Shown here piece by piece: positions 19,228 through 29,182 of a stretch of DNA of 64,000 nt. The stretch's first letter is position 1. The number at the start of each line of letters is the position of its first letter. Below the pieces are notes generated by a model that made no database searches, had not been told where the DNA came from, and saw only the letters and a list, made by a program, of their open reading frames with translations. The DNA comes from Anaerolineae bacterium (GTDB lineage: Bacteria > Chloroflexota > Anaerolineae > DRVO01): contig JABLXR010000005.1 in NCBI GenBank assembly GCA_013178015.1, forward strand, positions 38,532 through 102,531. Reading direction: 5' to 3'. A program made the translations under genes and the position numbers.

Positions 19228-21399
19228 GTGCTGAAGACTCCTTCGGGCGCCATCGAGCTCAGTTGGCGGGCGCTGCAGCGTGAGGTCGGCCTCAGGGCGG
19301 GTATCGTCCTAGCGGCGGTCGGATACCTGGTGTGGTTCCAGCAGCTCAGCAGCGGCTCGGAGGACCCGAGCCTCTTGATCCTGGTCTTCGTCGTCACCTC
19401 GGTGTGTTTGTGGCTGGGCACGAGCAGTCCCACGGCGGTCCGCCGCTACGTGGTCGGGCTTCAGGTAGTGCTTCTGTGGGCGGCGCTGGTGCTTGCCTAT
19501 CTAGCTCTCGGCTGTGCCGATGCCCTGCTGTTCCTCTCCGCGCCAGCCTTGCTGGCAGCCCTGGGGGTGAACCCGGCGGCGGGAGTCGGCGTCGCTGCCT
19601 CTGGTGCGGCCGTGATCGCTCTACGTTGGCCGGAGGTGGATCGGGTCGCAGTCCAGGCGCTGTTCCTGCTCATGATGGTGGCCGGGCTGGGTGCGCCCAT
19701 GGCGGGACGCCTGCGGGCTCATCTCCAGGAGGCCTGGGCGTTCACCCAGCATGCAGCGGACCTGTCTCGAGAGCTGCGGATGCGGCAGGAGGAGGTGAAC
19801 AAGCTAAACAAAGCACTCACCACCGCAAACGGCCTGCTGAAGCGAAGCCTGCGCGAGTTGACCCTTGCCCAGCAGGAGGCACTGGAGGCCCGAAGGCTGA
19901 AGGAGCAGTTCGCCACCACCGTGAGCCACGAGTTGCGTACACCGCTGAACACGATCCTGGGGTTTCTGGAGGTAATGCAGCGCTATCCGGAAGTGTACGG
20001 CGACGTGACCTGGACGACGGAGTTGCGCCGGGACATCAGCGAGATCCAGGTAAGCGCCCGCTACCTCTCGGGGCTGGTGGACGACATCCTGGACCTCGCC
20101 CGCGTTCAGGCTCTGCACATCCCCGTGAGGCGCGAGGATGTGGACATCGCTCAGGTGATAGCCGAGGCGGCAGACCTGGCGAGGAGGCTGCTCGCCGGCA
20201 ACAAGGACGTTGAGTTGAGGTTGGAGCTGCCACAGGGCCTGCCCCAACTCAACGTGGACCGGATGAGGATCCAGCAGGTCATTCTGAACTTGCTAGCCAA
20301 CGCCTGCCGTTTCACCGAGAGGGGTCACATTCAAGTTGAGGCTGAGTTCACCGGCGAGGAGGTAGTGGTCTCCGTGTCCGACACCGGGGCGGGCATCCCG
20401 GCTCACGAGATCCCCCGCATCTTCGAGGAGTTCCACCGCGCCAGCGCTGCATCGGCAAGTGGGCTGGGCAGCGCGGGCAGTGGCCTGGGGCTGGCCATCG
20501 CCAAGAGATTCGTCCAGATGCACGGGGGGCGGATCTGGGTCGAGAGCCAGCCCGGGGAGGGCAGCACCTTTAGCTTCAGCCTGCCGTTGACGGCCAAGCA
20601 GGTGTCACCCTTGAGCCTGCCGCGTCCTCAGGGCACTTCACGGCCCGCTGGAAGGCCCTCGCTCGTCCTAGTGGGTGACGAGCACGGGGCGTCCTTCCTC
20701 TCTCGCCGGCTGGAGGGGTACGAACTCCTGGTGGCGGCCGATGTGCGGGAGGCCCGAAGCCTGGTCTATGACCGTCACCCCGATGCCGTCTTGCTCGATA
20801 TCCCGCTGGAGAGCGGGGAGAAGGGCTTCGGCCTGGCGCCGCGCATACTGCCTGAGCCGGTGCCGGTGATTAGCTGCTCCCTGCCCGGGAGCCGCAGGCA
20901 CGTCGGCAGTGACCTCTTCGCCGAGTGGCTGATGAAGCCGATTAATAGCGACCGACTGGCCGAGGCTCTCAGGAACGGCCCGAGGGCCAGTCGGGTCATG
21001 GTTGTGGACGACGACGCGTCCTTCGTCCGTCTCATCGAGAGGTACCTGGAGGTGGGGTCCATTGGGGCTCCGGAGATCGCCTGTGCCCGGAGCGGGGAGG
21101 AGGCGCTGGCTCTGGCGCGGAAGTTCAAGCCGGACGTGGTGCTTCTCGACATGGCCCTGCCCGGGATAGACGGCTGGGAGGTGGCTCGGTCACTGCGGGA
21201 AGAGGAGCTGGACCCTCAGCCTAGATTGGTGGCGGTCACGGCTCTGGACCCCACCCAAGGGCTGGCCGGGAGCGCGCGCACCTTCTCGGTGACCAAGTCC
21301 GTGGGGCTGTCGGAGGGAGAGACGGTTGGGCTCATCCAGGCATGCCTGGCTCAGCTCAGGCCAGCCTACTCCTGCGACTCACCTGTCTCAGAGCCTTGA
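19228..21399 (+). CDS. Hybrid sensor histidine kinase (membrane sensor, HisKA, HATPase_c, two receiver-like domains)
   Basis: H-box HELRTPLNTILGF, G-boxes (GTGAGIP, GLGLAI), and a C-terminal receiver with DMALPGIDG. Confidence 0.85.
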   Translation: MLKTPSGAIELSWRALQREVGLRAGIVLAAVGYLVWFQQLSSGSEDPSLLILVFVVTSVCLWLGTSSPTAVRRYVVGLQVVLLWAALVLAYLALGCADALLFLSAPALLAALGVNPAAGVGVAASGAAVIALRWPEVDRVAVQALFLLMMVAGLGAPMAGRLRAHLQEAWAFTQHAADLSRELRMRQEEVNKLNKALTTANGLLKRSLRELTLAQQEALEARRLKEQFATTVSHELRTPLNTILGFLEVMQRYPEVYGDVTWTTELRRDISEIQVSARYLSGLVDDILDLARVQALHIPVRREDVDIAQVIAEAADLARRLLAGNKDVELRLELPQGLPQLNVDRMRIQQVILNLLANACRFTERGHIQVEAEFTGEEVVVSVSDTGAGIPAHEIPRIFEEFHRASAASASGLGSAGSGLGLAIAKRFVQMHGGRIWVESQPGEGSTFSFSLPLTAKQVSPLSLPRPQGTSRPAGRPSLVLVGDEHGASFLSRRLEGYELLVAADVREARSLVYDRHPDAVLLDIPLESGEKGFGLAPRILPEPVPVISCSLPGSRRHVGSDLFAEWLMKPINSDRLAEALRNGPRASRVMVVDDDASFVRLIERYLEVGSIGAPEIACARSGEEALALARKFKPDVVLLDMALPGIDGWEVARSLREEELDPQPRLVAVTALDPTQGLAGSARTFSVTKSVGLSEGETVGLIQACLAQLRPAYSCDSPVSEP

Positions 21400-22549
21400 G
21401 TAGGTCCAGGCGGGAGACAGGCTTGGTAAGGTAGGCGGCAGCTCCCAGCAAGCGGCCCAGTTCCGTGTCCTTGAGGACGGAGCAGATCACTACGGGCACC
21501 TCCCGCGTCCGTGGGTCTGCCTGCAGGGCTCTGAGGACAGTCCAGCCGTCGGCATCGGACATCATGATGTCGAGCACCACAGCGTCAATGTCACGGGTGG
21601 CTACCCATTCGCACGCCAGGCGCGGGTGTGGTACCCGGACCGGGTCCCACTCGCTGGTAGCGAGGTAACGCTCGTAGAGAGCCGCCGCGCCGGGGTTGTC
21701 CTCCACGATCAGGGCCCGCCGCCGCTTGTCCAGGGGCAGCTCGAGAGAGAGGTTCTGCCTGCCGGTCTCGTCGGTCCAGAGGCGATAGTCCAGCTTCTGC
21801 TGCTGCGCGATCAGCAGAGCCGCCTGGACCAGGTCGTGTCGGGCAAGGCGTCGCGAGCCCTCGAGGGGCATCGTAATCGTCACCAGACGAGGCGTTCGCG
21901 CCACCGTGATCGTCAACTCGCGTTCGGCTGTCCCCTGAACGACGGCGCTCAGGATCAAGGTGAGTACCTCGCGCAGGACCGCGGGGGTGACGGCCACCGC
22001 CAGTTCCGTCTCGGGCTTACAGACCCGTAGGTGCACCCCTTGCTTTTGGGCCAGGGGGGCGACGGTGGCCAGTGCGGCCTCGATCAGGCCCGCCACCTGG
22101 ACAGTTTCGGGCTTGTGGGCCAGGTGCCGGAGCTCCTCCTCGAAGGCCCCGGCGCGATTCTCGTCAGGTTCCGGGGCCTGGGCTTCCGAACAGTCTGACT
22201 CAATCAGCCGGGCCAGCTGTTCCTCGGCCCATCCCAGGTCGCGATAGACCTGTCGCGGGCTGACCGCCAGTTGCCGGGCGACTTCGTCCACTCGAAGGCC
22301 GGAGACGTAGCGGAGCCTCAGGCAGTCATAGGCGCGGGAGGCGGTGGCGGAGGGAGCGGAGCGGGAGGCGGGTCGCAGCATCTCGATGGCATCCAACAGC
22401 TTGCCGCGGAGCAGCTGGGCTCTTTCCACCATGTCTTCGGTCGACTGGGCCACGGGCAACAGGCTGGCCAGCCGGCAGTTGGCGAGTTCTGCTGGAACGT
22501 AGAGGGAAAGCAGGGCCTGATGCACGTCCTCGGCAGTCACTTGTGCCAT
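21356..22549 (-). CDS. Response regulator with N-terminal sigma-70 region-4-like HTH and C-terminal receiver
   Basis: HTH (VDEVARQLAVSPRQVYRDL) and a receiver domain (ALIVEDNP...VVLDIMMSDADGW...KP). It is convergent with the kinase and overlaps it by 44 nt. Confidence 0.7.
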   Translation of the reverse strand: MAQVTAEDVHQALLSLYVPAELANCRLASLLPVAQSTEDMVERAQLLRGKLLDAIEMLRPASRSAPSATASRAYDCLRLRYVSGLRVDEVARQLAVSPRQVYRDLGWAEEQLARLIESDCSEAQAPEPDENRAGAFEEELRHLAHKPETVQVAGLIEAALATVAPLAQKQGVHLRVCKPETELAVAVTPAVLREVLTLILSAVVQGTAERELTITVARTPRLVTITMPLEGSRRLARHDLVQAALLIAQQQKLDYRLWTDETGRQNLSLELPLDKRRRALIVEDNPGAAALYERYLATSEWDPVRVPHPRLACEWVATRDIDAVVLDIMMSDADGWTVLRALQADPRTREVPVVICSVLKDTELGRLLGAAAYLTKPVSRLDLLKALRQVSRRSRLA

Positions 22550-23016
22550 CGTCTGGTACCAGTGGGGAAGAAGTCGCAGGTCACAACAGGAATTGTCGCA
22601 GTTCTGTCAGTGTTGTGTCAACGGCTATGGGCACTCGGGCGCGCGTTGGCCGGGTATAATCGGCAGTAGCGCTTCGTGCGAGGCTGCCGGCACCAGCATC
22701 CTCACAGACTCTGCGGAGGCTCAGCAGTGGAGGGTGGCAAGGACAGCTGAGCCGTCGGGTGAGGCCCGATGTCCCCGCTGCGATGGACAAGGCGGCTGGC
22801 TCGCCGATGCAGTCAGCGAGACGCCTGGGAGGAGCCGGTTGGGGGTCAGGAAGTGCAGGGAGCCAGGGGAATCCTCCCCATAGCGTGGCTACGTGAAAGG
22901 AGGTGTCACGACAAGTTCGCGAGTATGCCAATAGGCAGGGACGAGAGCGTGCTGGTGACCGTATAGTCACGGCGTTTCGTCAGGTGCTGCGTGTTCATGG
23001 GAGGGAGAGGAAGCAG

Positions 23017-24348
23017 ATGAACGGCGACAAGCGATACACACGGCGCGGTTTGCTCCAGGCGGGCACGTTCGCGGCTGCAGGGGCCATCCTGGCCTCCTGT
23101 GCCCCGGCAACGCTGGCGCCCGTCGCTGAGCAAGAGGAGGCTGGTGCTACCACTGCTGCGCCAGTCGCATCTGGTGCACTCGACATCTGGACGTTCCCGA
23201 TGACGGAGGACGATCAGGGTATCATCTGGGATCCGCTGATGGAGAGATTCCATGAGGAGTACCCCGATATCAAGACCACCATCGAGATCCTGCCGTGGGG
23301 CGGCCGTCGCGAGAAGATGCTGGCGGCCTACGCTGCTGGCCAGGCACCTGACATAGCCGCCACCGACATTGACACGATCCAGCAGTTCGGGCGGAGCGAC
23401 TGCATGGAGCCGCTGGATGACATCCTGGGCCCGGAGGTATGGTCCGACATCCCGGAGACGCTGTACGCGGGGCTATCCTGGCAGGGCAAGCGGATCATGT
23501 ACCCGAAAACGTTCTACTGCGATGGCTATGTGGCGAACAAGGCTTTGGTTGCCGAGGTAGGATGGGATCCGGAGACGCCTCCTGCCACGTGGGACGACTT
23601 CCGGGAGCTAGGTGCGCTGGCGGCGGAGAAGGGCTACTTCCTCACGGCCGGGACTACGGTCTCCATCTGCTATACCTTCACTGGCTGGGTGTGGCAGGCA
23701 GGGGGACGGGAGCTGACCGACGATGGCAACACCAGCCTCATTGACGGCGAAGCGGGCGTGGCTGCCTGTGCCTTCGAGGCCGAGATGTTCGTCAATGGGT
23801 GGGTGCCCATTGAGGGAGCAGTGGGCTCGGAGGAGGAGGTGACCAGCACCAGCGACTACTTCCTGCAGGGGCGGCAGGTGCTGAGCTCGGCCATGACCGC
23901 GGGGAGCTACGTCATGGCCATGCGCCAGGCACCCGAGATCGAGATGATACTGTGCCCAGCCCTGAAGAATGTGCGACAGGTGAAACCTGGCTGGGCCGAC
24001 TGCTGGTCCATCTTCAGGAACAGCGACAAGTCCGCGGCGGTGTGGCTATCCTGGATGGCCAGGCCGGAGAATGCCGGCTTCTACTGCTCCGCCACTGGCT
24101 ACACCCCGCCGGGAGAGAAGGCAAAGGAGTATTGGCAGACAGAGCCAGAACAGATAGCGTTCATGGAGGCGAACTCACCATACACGGAGATGAACCAGGA
24201 CAACTTCGCCTGGTACCAACTACGAAAGCTGACGTATGCTCCTTACCGACAGGCGGCTGCGCTGGGCAAGATGACCCCGCAGGAAGCAATGACGGCGGCG
24301 GCCGCAGAGCTCAACGCCAAGATCCAAGAGGAACTGGCCGCGGTGTAG
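23017..24348 (+). CDS. ABC transporter substrate-binding protein (carbohydrate family 1), Tat-lipoprotein type
   Basis: Start MNGDKRYTRRGLLQAG...LASC (twin-Arg plus lipobox). SBP_bac_1-like. Confidence 0.85.
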   Translation: MNGDKRYTRRGLLQAGTFAAAGAILASCAPATLAPVAEQEEAGATTAAPVASGALDIWTFPMTEDDQGIIWDPLMERFHEEYPDIKTTIEILPWGGRREKMLAAYAAGQAPDIAATDIDTIQQFGRSDCMEPLDDILGPEVWSDIPETLYAGLSWQGKRIMYPKTFYCDGYVANKALVAEVGWDPETPPATWDDFRELGALAAEKGYFLTAGTTVSICYTFTGWVWQAGGRELTDDGNTSLIDGEAGVAACAFEAEMFVNGWVPIEGAVGSEEEVTSTSDYFLQGRQVLSSAMTAGSYVMAMRQAPEIEMILCPALKNVRQVKPGWADCWSIFRNSDKSAAVWLSWMARPENAGFYCSATGYTPPGEKAKEYWQTEPEQIAFMEANSPYTEMNQDNFAWYQLRKLTYAPYRQAAALGKMTPQEAMTAAAAELNAKIQEELAAV

Positions 24349-24370
24349 CCAGACGCGGGCGATGAGGCAC

Positions 24371-24413
24371 GGCACTCCCGAGCTGCTGCCGATGTGGCGG
24401 TGCCGGGAGTGCC
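24371..24413 (+). terminator. Hairpin after the SBP gene (GGCACTCCCG...CGGGAGTGCC)
   Basis: 10-bp stem and 23-nt loop, 22 nt after the stop, with no U-tract. It may act as an attenuator or stabiliser. Confidence 0.3.
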
Positions 24414-24501
24414 TGGTCACCTCCCAAACGCGGTACACTGCGCAGCTGGGGCGCATTGTGCACAGAGCGAACTGCGCTGACGTCCGGAGGCGTGGCTCTC
24501 C

Positions 24502-25638
24502 ATGACCAGCAAGGAGAGAGTGCTGGCGGCGCTGAGCTTCCAGAAGACAGATCGGGTTCCCATCTTCGATGAGTTCTCTCCGGAGTGGACCAGACGCTGG
24601 CGCCGCCAGAAGAATCTGGGTCCTGATTCCGATCCGCGGGAGTACTACGAGATCGACATGGAGGTCTTGACTCCCGACGAGACCCCGTTCCCATCGGCAA
24701 AGGGGGTGGTGGGCCAGGCTGGTGAAGCTTTGCTGGAGAGGACTGGGTGGGGGGATGTCCGGCGACGCCGTGGGACGGCCCAGTTCGAGGACAAGTGGAC
24801 GTACCCGACCCAGGCCCTCGAGGTCATCGAGGTGGCCATTCCGAGGAAGAGGGATCTGGACCGACTTGAGTTCGAGAGCGCGTCACTAGATTCGCGGTTT
24901 CCGCCTCGGGATGAGGTGGCAAGGAGGAAGGCCAGGCGGTGCGTGTTCGGCAAGACTGGCGGTCCCTACCTTCGTAGCTCGTACCTGCGGGGCGCAGTGC
25001 AGTGGTTGATGGACTTGGCAGAAGATCCAGTGTTCGCCTGCCAGCTCGCCATGAGAGTCGCGGACCACCTGATCGCCATAGGGCTGGAGACGATGCGCCG
25101 GTACGATCTCTATGACACTGGCATGTGGTTGGATGATGACATCGGCAGCAACCATGGTCCGGTGTTCTCGCCAGCGACCTTCGAGCAGGTGTTCCTGCCC
25201 TGTTACCGAAAGATGATAGGCGCCTACCGCCAAGCCGGGGCCCGCATCGTGATCTTCCACTCCGATGGGAACATCGAGAGCGTGCTCGATATGCTGGTGG
25301 ATGCCGGCGTGGATGCCATCAACCCTCTGGAGTACAAGGCGGGTATGGACGCGGTACGGTTGCGGGAGAAGTACGGGCGAAGGCTCGCTTTCATCGGTGG
25401 CCTAGACAACGCTCATACCTTACCGGCCGGCTCACGGTCGGAGATCGAAGCCCACGTTCTGCGGCTGTTGAGCATAGCGGAGGATGGGGGACTGGTGGCA
25501 GGGTCTCACTCGATTGGAGCCGATGTCCCGGTGGAGAACTACGAGCTGGTCTGGCAGCTAATCAGAGCCACCCAAGACAGCCGAACCAGCAGACCCGGAT
25601 CCTCGCAGCTGCTGGGCTGGCCCCCTGGGAGGCAGTGA
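24502..25638 (+). CDS. URO-D family protein (uroporphyrinogen decarboxylase / MtaA-like methyltransferase fold)
   Basis: URO-D family N-terminal motif (ERVLAALSFQKTDRVPIF) and C-terminal GGLDNAHTLPAG...GSHSIGADVPVENY. It is embedded in the sugar ABC operon. Confidence 0.75.
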   Translation: MTSKERVLAALSFQKTDRVPIFDEFSPEWTRRWRRQKNLGPDSDPREYYEIDMEVLTPDETPFPSAKGVVGQAGEALLERTGWGDVRRRRGTAQFEDKWTYPTQALEVIEVAIPRKRDLDRLEFESASLDSRFPPRDEVARRKARRCVFGKTGGPYLRSSYLRGAVQWLMDLAEDPVFACQLAMRVADHLIAIGLETMRRYDLYDTGMWLDDDIGSNHGPVFSPATFEQVFLPCYRKMIGAYRQAGARIVIFHSDGNIESVLDMLVDAGVDAINPLEYKAGMDAVRLREKYGRRLAFIGGLDNAHTLPAGSRSEIEAHVLRLLSIAEDGGLVAGSHSIGADVPVENYELVWQLIRATQDSRTSRPGSSQLLGWPPGRQ

Positions 25639-26573
25639 CAGTGATGCGACAAGTACAGCTGATGGATCAAGCACCAGGGGCAACGCGGACGAGATTCTGG
25701 CGCAAGGCGAAGGATCAAGCAGGCTGGTTCCTGTTCATCGCGCCTAACGTTCTGGCCTTCCTCCTCTTCAGTCTCTCCTGCTACGTGTTCGTCGTCTACT
25801 TGAGCTTCCAGCGTTGGGACCTGATTGGCGTAAGGAAGTTCATTGGACTGGACAACTTTGCCCGGCTGGCCACCGACCCAATCCTCGCCAAGTCCTTCGC
25901 TAACATCGCTAAGTACGTGTTGATGTTCGTGCTGCCGGTGTCTGCTGTTTCGCTGGGGCTCGCCTTGCTGGCAAACCGGCGAATCCGGGGCATGTACTTC
26001 TTCAGGAGCGCCTACTTTCTGCCCTGGGTCACCTCCACCGCCGTGATCGCCGTGATCTGGAACTTCGCTCTTATCCCGAGGGGGGAAGGGCCTCTGAACT
26101 ACCTCTTGGGACTGATAGGGATCCCGCCGCAGCTCTGGCTGGTGGACACCAACTTGGCCCTACCGTCGCTGGCAGGGATCAACATATGGACGAGCGCCGG
26201 ATACTACATGGTTCTGTGGTTGGCCGGCCTCCAGAGCATTCCCGAGACTCTGTACGACGCGGCGAAGATGGACGGGGCCGATAGCTGGGCGCTGTTCCGC
26301 CACGTGACGCTCCCGATGCTGAGCACCACCACCGTGTTCATCTTGACCATCACCATCATCGGTGCCTTCCAGATGTTCGGCCTGGTCTACACGATGACGG
26401 GCGGCGGCCCTATGTATGCCACCATCAGCCCCGTGTACTACATATGGCAGACAGCGTTCGTCCGCTACCACATGGGCTATGCTTCAGCCGTCTCTCTGGC
26501 GCTGTTCGCGGTCATCATGGTTGCCACTGTGTTGCAGCGCAAGATCACCGGTTGGGGCGAGGAGATGTACTGA
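25635..26573 (+). CDS. ABC transporter permease (MalF/UgpA-like)
   Basis: 6 TM helices and an EAA-like loop (DAAKMDGADSWALFRHVTLPML). Confidence 0.85.
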   Translation: MTVMRQVQLMDQAPGATRTRFWRKAKDQAGWFLFIAPNVLAFLLFSLSCYVFVVYLSFQRWDLIGVRKFIGLDNFARLATDPILAKSFANIAKYVLMFVLPVSAVSLGLALLANRRIRGMYFFRSAYFLPWVTSTAVIAVIWNFALIPRGEGPLNYLLGLIGIPPQLWLVDTNLALPSLAGINIWTSAGYYMVLWLAGLQSIPETLYDAAKMDGADSWALFRHVTLPMLSTTTVFILTITIIGAFQMFGLVYTMTGGGPMYATISPVYYIWQTAFVRYHMGYASAVSLALFAVIMVATVLQRKITGWGEEMY

Positions 26574-26584
26574 GGAGGCAAGCG

Positions 26585-27484
26585 GTGGTCGAGTGGGCTG
26601 AGCGCGTCTCGGGGCCAGAGGTTTCCCGCGTCGGGTCGTCGCCAGCAGCTGCAGCGAGATGGATAAGGCCGCTTCTGAGCAACTTGCTGACCTACCTGGT
26701 GCTCCTAAGCCTTGCCGCGATCACGGCTGGGCCGTTCGCGTACATGGTTTCGATGTCACTCCGGCCTGACTTCAGCTTCATGTACTTCCCCATCGGGCTC
26801 ATTCCGGAGAGGATCAGCCTGGAGAACTACGCTGTGCTGTTCCAGCGCAGCGGTATTCTCCGCTGGCTGCTGAATAGCTTCTTCGTTTCGACGAGCGTAG
26901 TGCTGACGAACCTGGCAACTTCCTCTCTGGGTGGTTACGCGTTCGCTCGAGGGCGCTTCTGGCGCCGCGACGCCATCTTCCTCATGCTAGTCGCGAGCCT
27001 CATGGTCCCATCCACTGTCACTACAGTTCCACTGTTCATCATCGTGTCCAGGCTCGGCTGGGCGAACACGTACATGGCTCTGATCCTGCCGTCGTCCGCG
27101 AACGTATTCGGCACCTTCCTCATCCGCCAGCAGATGATGACCATCCCCAGGGACTATGACGACGCCGCACACATAGACGGTGCCGGCCGTTTCGACATCT
27201 ATCTGCAGGTCCTCCTGCCACTAACCAAGCCGGCGCTGGCGACGATCGCCACGCTCAGCTTCCTGGGCGCTTGGAACGATTTCCTCTGGCCCCTCGTTGC
27301 CACCAGTTCCGGCAGCATGCGGACTCTGACGGTGGGGTTGGCCACCATGGTCATGCGGATCGGTGGCGCCGGTTTCCAGCTTGCCGGAGCTACAGTGGCT
27401 TTCTTGCCAACGTTCATCTTCTTTCTGTTAATGCAGCGCTACGTGGTGCAGGGCATCGCCATCTCCGGCGTAACAGGGACGTGA
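26585..27484 (+). CDS. ABC transporter permease (MalG/UgpE-like)
   Basis: GTG start with GGAGG 8 nt upstream. EAA-like loop DDAAHIDGAGRFDIYLQVLLPL. Confidence 0.85.
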   Translation: MVEWAERVSGPEVSRVGSSPAAAARWIRPLLSNLLTYLVLLSLAAITAGPFAYMVSMSLRPDFSFMYFPIGLIPERISLENYAVLFQRSGILRWLLNSFFVSTSVVLTNLATSSLGGYAFARGRFWRRDAIFLMLVASLMVPSTVTTVPLFIIVSRLGWANTYMALILPSSANVFGTFLIRQQMMTIPRDYDDAAHIDGAGRFDIYLQVLLPLTKPALATIATLSFLGAWNDFLWPLVATSSGSMRTLTVGLATMVMRIGGAGFQLAGATVAFLPTFIFFLLMQRYVVQGIAISGVTGT

Positions 27485-27681
27485 GCAGCGGTGCCAGGTT
27501 CCACTTCCGGGATCGCAGCGCCTCCGGCAGGGCTGACCGAGCTGCTTTCTGTCCACCCTCACAGTAGCCGTGGTGGGGGAACGCAAGGCGGGATACTGTG
27601 GCAGATGCGTCGCAACTGATCGAGCGCCTTCAGCAACCGGAATCGGTACGTCAGCAGGCCCGGTGTCGAGGTACCGGTGGC

Positions 27682-29118
27682 ATGAGCGAGCTCTGGGCCG
27701 GGGCGGCGAAGGTGGATGTGACCGGCACCGCCAGCGGAGCGGCCAACGATCGCCTGTATGTCAGGGCGTTGGCGCTGAAGAACAGCGCCACTGCCGTGGT
27801 CATTGTCTCGCTCGATGCGGTCGCGATAGGAGAGATCGGACCGGTAGCCGACCACTACTTACCCGGGGTGCGTTCGCGTCTTCAGAAAGAACTGGGTATT
27901 GCCCCGACTCACGTGCTGGTCAGCGCCAGCCACTGCCATGGGATCGTGTGCGATGATGTTGAGGAGCGGACCATTCAGGCGATCAGGGAAGCGTGGCGGA
28001 ACCTGGAGCCCGTGCATGTTGGAGTTGGCGCTGGCCACGAGGACCGCATCCAGGAGAACCGGCGCTTTCGGTTGAGGAACGGCCGGGAAGCCGATGCCCG
28101 CCGAGCCTATGCCCTCCCTCCAGACGATGAAGTGATCGGCGTCGGCCCAATTGACCCCCAGATTGGCATTTTGCGGCTGGACCGAGCCACTGGACAGACA
28201 CTGGCGGTGGTCTACAACTTCGCCTGCCATCCGATACAGGGCGTCCCCAGCGAGGGTAACACCGCGGACCTGACGGGCTTCGCCTCTGCAGCAATCGAAA
28301 GGAGCCTAGGCGAGGGCGCCATTGCGCTCTTTCTGCAGGGCTGCGCTGGGGACGTGAACCCGGCTCTGTACAAGGGGGTGGACGCTCCTAAGAACGCCGA
28401 GGTGCTTGGCAGCCTGCTCGGGTTGAGTACACTGGCGGCCATCAGGCAGATACGGACCAGGCCCGGTGGCAGCATCGAGCTCATTAGCGAGATGGTCGAG
28501 CTTCCTACGGCCGACCTATCACCGCACATCGAGGCGCTTCGGGCGGAGCAGCTGCGGCTCCTGGGCTCCCTCGAAGGCACCAACCTCAACTTGAGAACGT
28601 TCGTCTATCTAATGACCAAGCATCGGCTGTTTCCTGATTTCCCCTCCTACTACTCGTATGGTTACCTTCATGAGGAGCAGATAGGGAGAGAGCACCTCAG
28701 GAGCCTTGATGCTGAGAACAGACGAGAAATGGAGAAGTACCTCCGCAACGTGCACGTCATGGAACAGCTGACCAGAGTGCAGACCAATCTGGCCCTGCTA
28801 GAGAAGCACCGGGGCCGGATTGCCGCGCTGAAGAAGGGCAGCATATCGGTGGAAGTGGCTGGCCTAAGGGTGGGGGAGTGGGTCCTGATTACCTTCCCGG
28901 GGGAGCTGTCGGTGCAGATTGGCCTCAATATCAAACGAGCGTCGCCTCATCGGTACACCTTCGTATCCGGTTGCACCAATGGCTACATCTACTATGCCCC
29001 AACCGCTGACCAACTCGCCAACAGGGGCGGCGCCCAGGAGGACAGCGACTGCGTGCTGGCGCCGGAGTGGCAGTCCCTCTTCGAGGGCAAGGCAGCGGAG
29101 ATTCTGAGCCGTCTCTAG
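27682..29118 (+). CDS. Neutral/alkaline ceramidase-like hydrolase
   Basis: Ceramidase_alk N-terminal pattern (GAAKVDVTG...VVIVSLDAVAIG...SASHCHG). Start at MSELW preferred; the ATG at 27598 is an alternative. Confidence 0.6.
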   Translation: MSELWAGAAKVDVTGTASGAANDRLYVRALALKNSATAVVIVSLDAVAIGEIGPVADHYLPGVRSRLQKELGIAPTHVLVSASHCHGIVCDDVEERTIQAIREAWRNLEPVHVGVGAGHEDRIQENRRFRLRNGREADARRAYALPPDDEVIGVGPIDPQIGILRLDRATGQTLAVVYNFACHPIQGVPSEGNTADLTGFASAAIERSLGEGAIALFLQGCAGDVNPALYKGVDAPKNAEVLGSLLGLSTLAAIRQIRTRPGGSIELISEMVELPTADLSPHIEALRAEQLRLLGSLEGTNLNLRTFVYLMTKHRLFPDFPSYYSYGYLHEEQIGREHLRSLDAENRREMEKYLRNVHVMEQLTRVQTNLALLEKHRGRIAALKKGSISVEVAGLRVGEWVLITFPGELSVQIGLNIKRASPHRYTFVSGCTNGYIYYAPTADQLANRGGAQEDSDCVLAPEWQSLFEGKAAEILSRL

Positions 29119-29182
29119 TGGCGGGCGGCGCAATGCCGCAATCGGCCAATCCTCATCGGCCCAAGCCGCCTGAGCCAACCCC

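Noticed and set aside
19332-20213. 293-aa alternative frame inside the histidine kinase gene
   Set aside because: Arg/Gly/Pro-rich. The kinase frame has H, N and G boxes.
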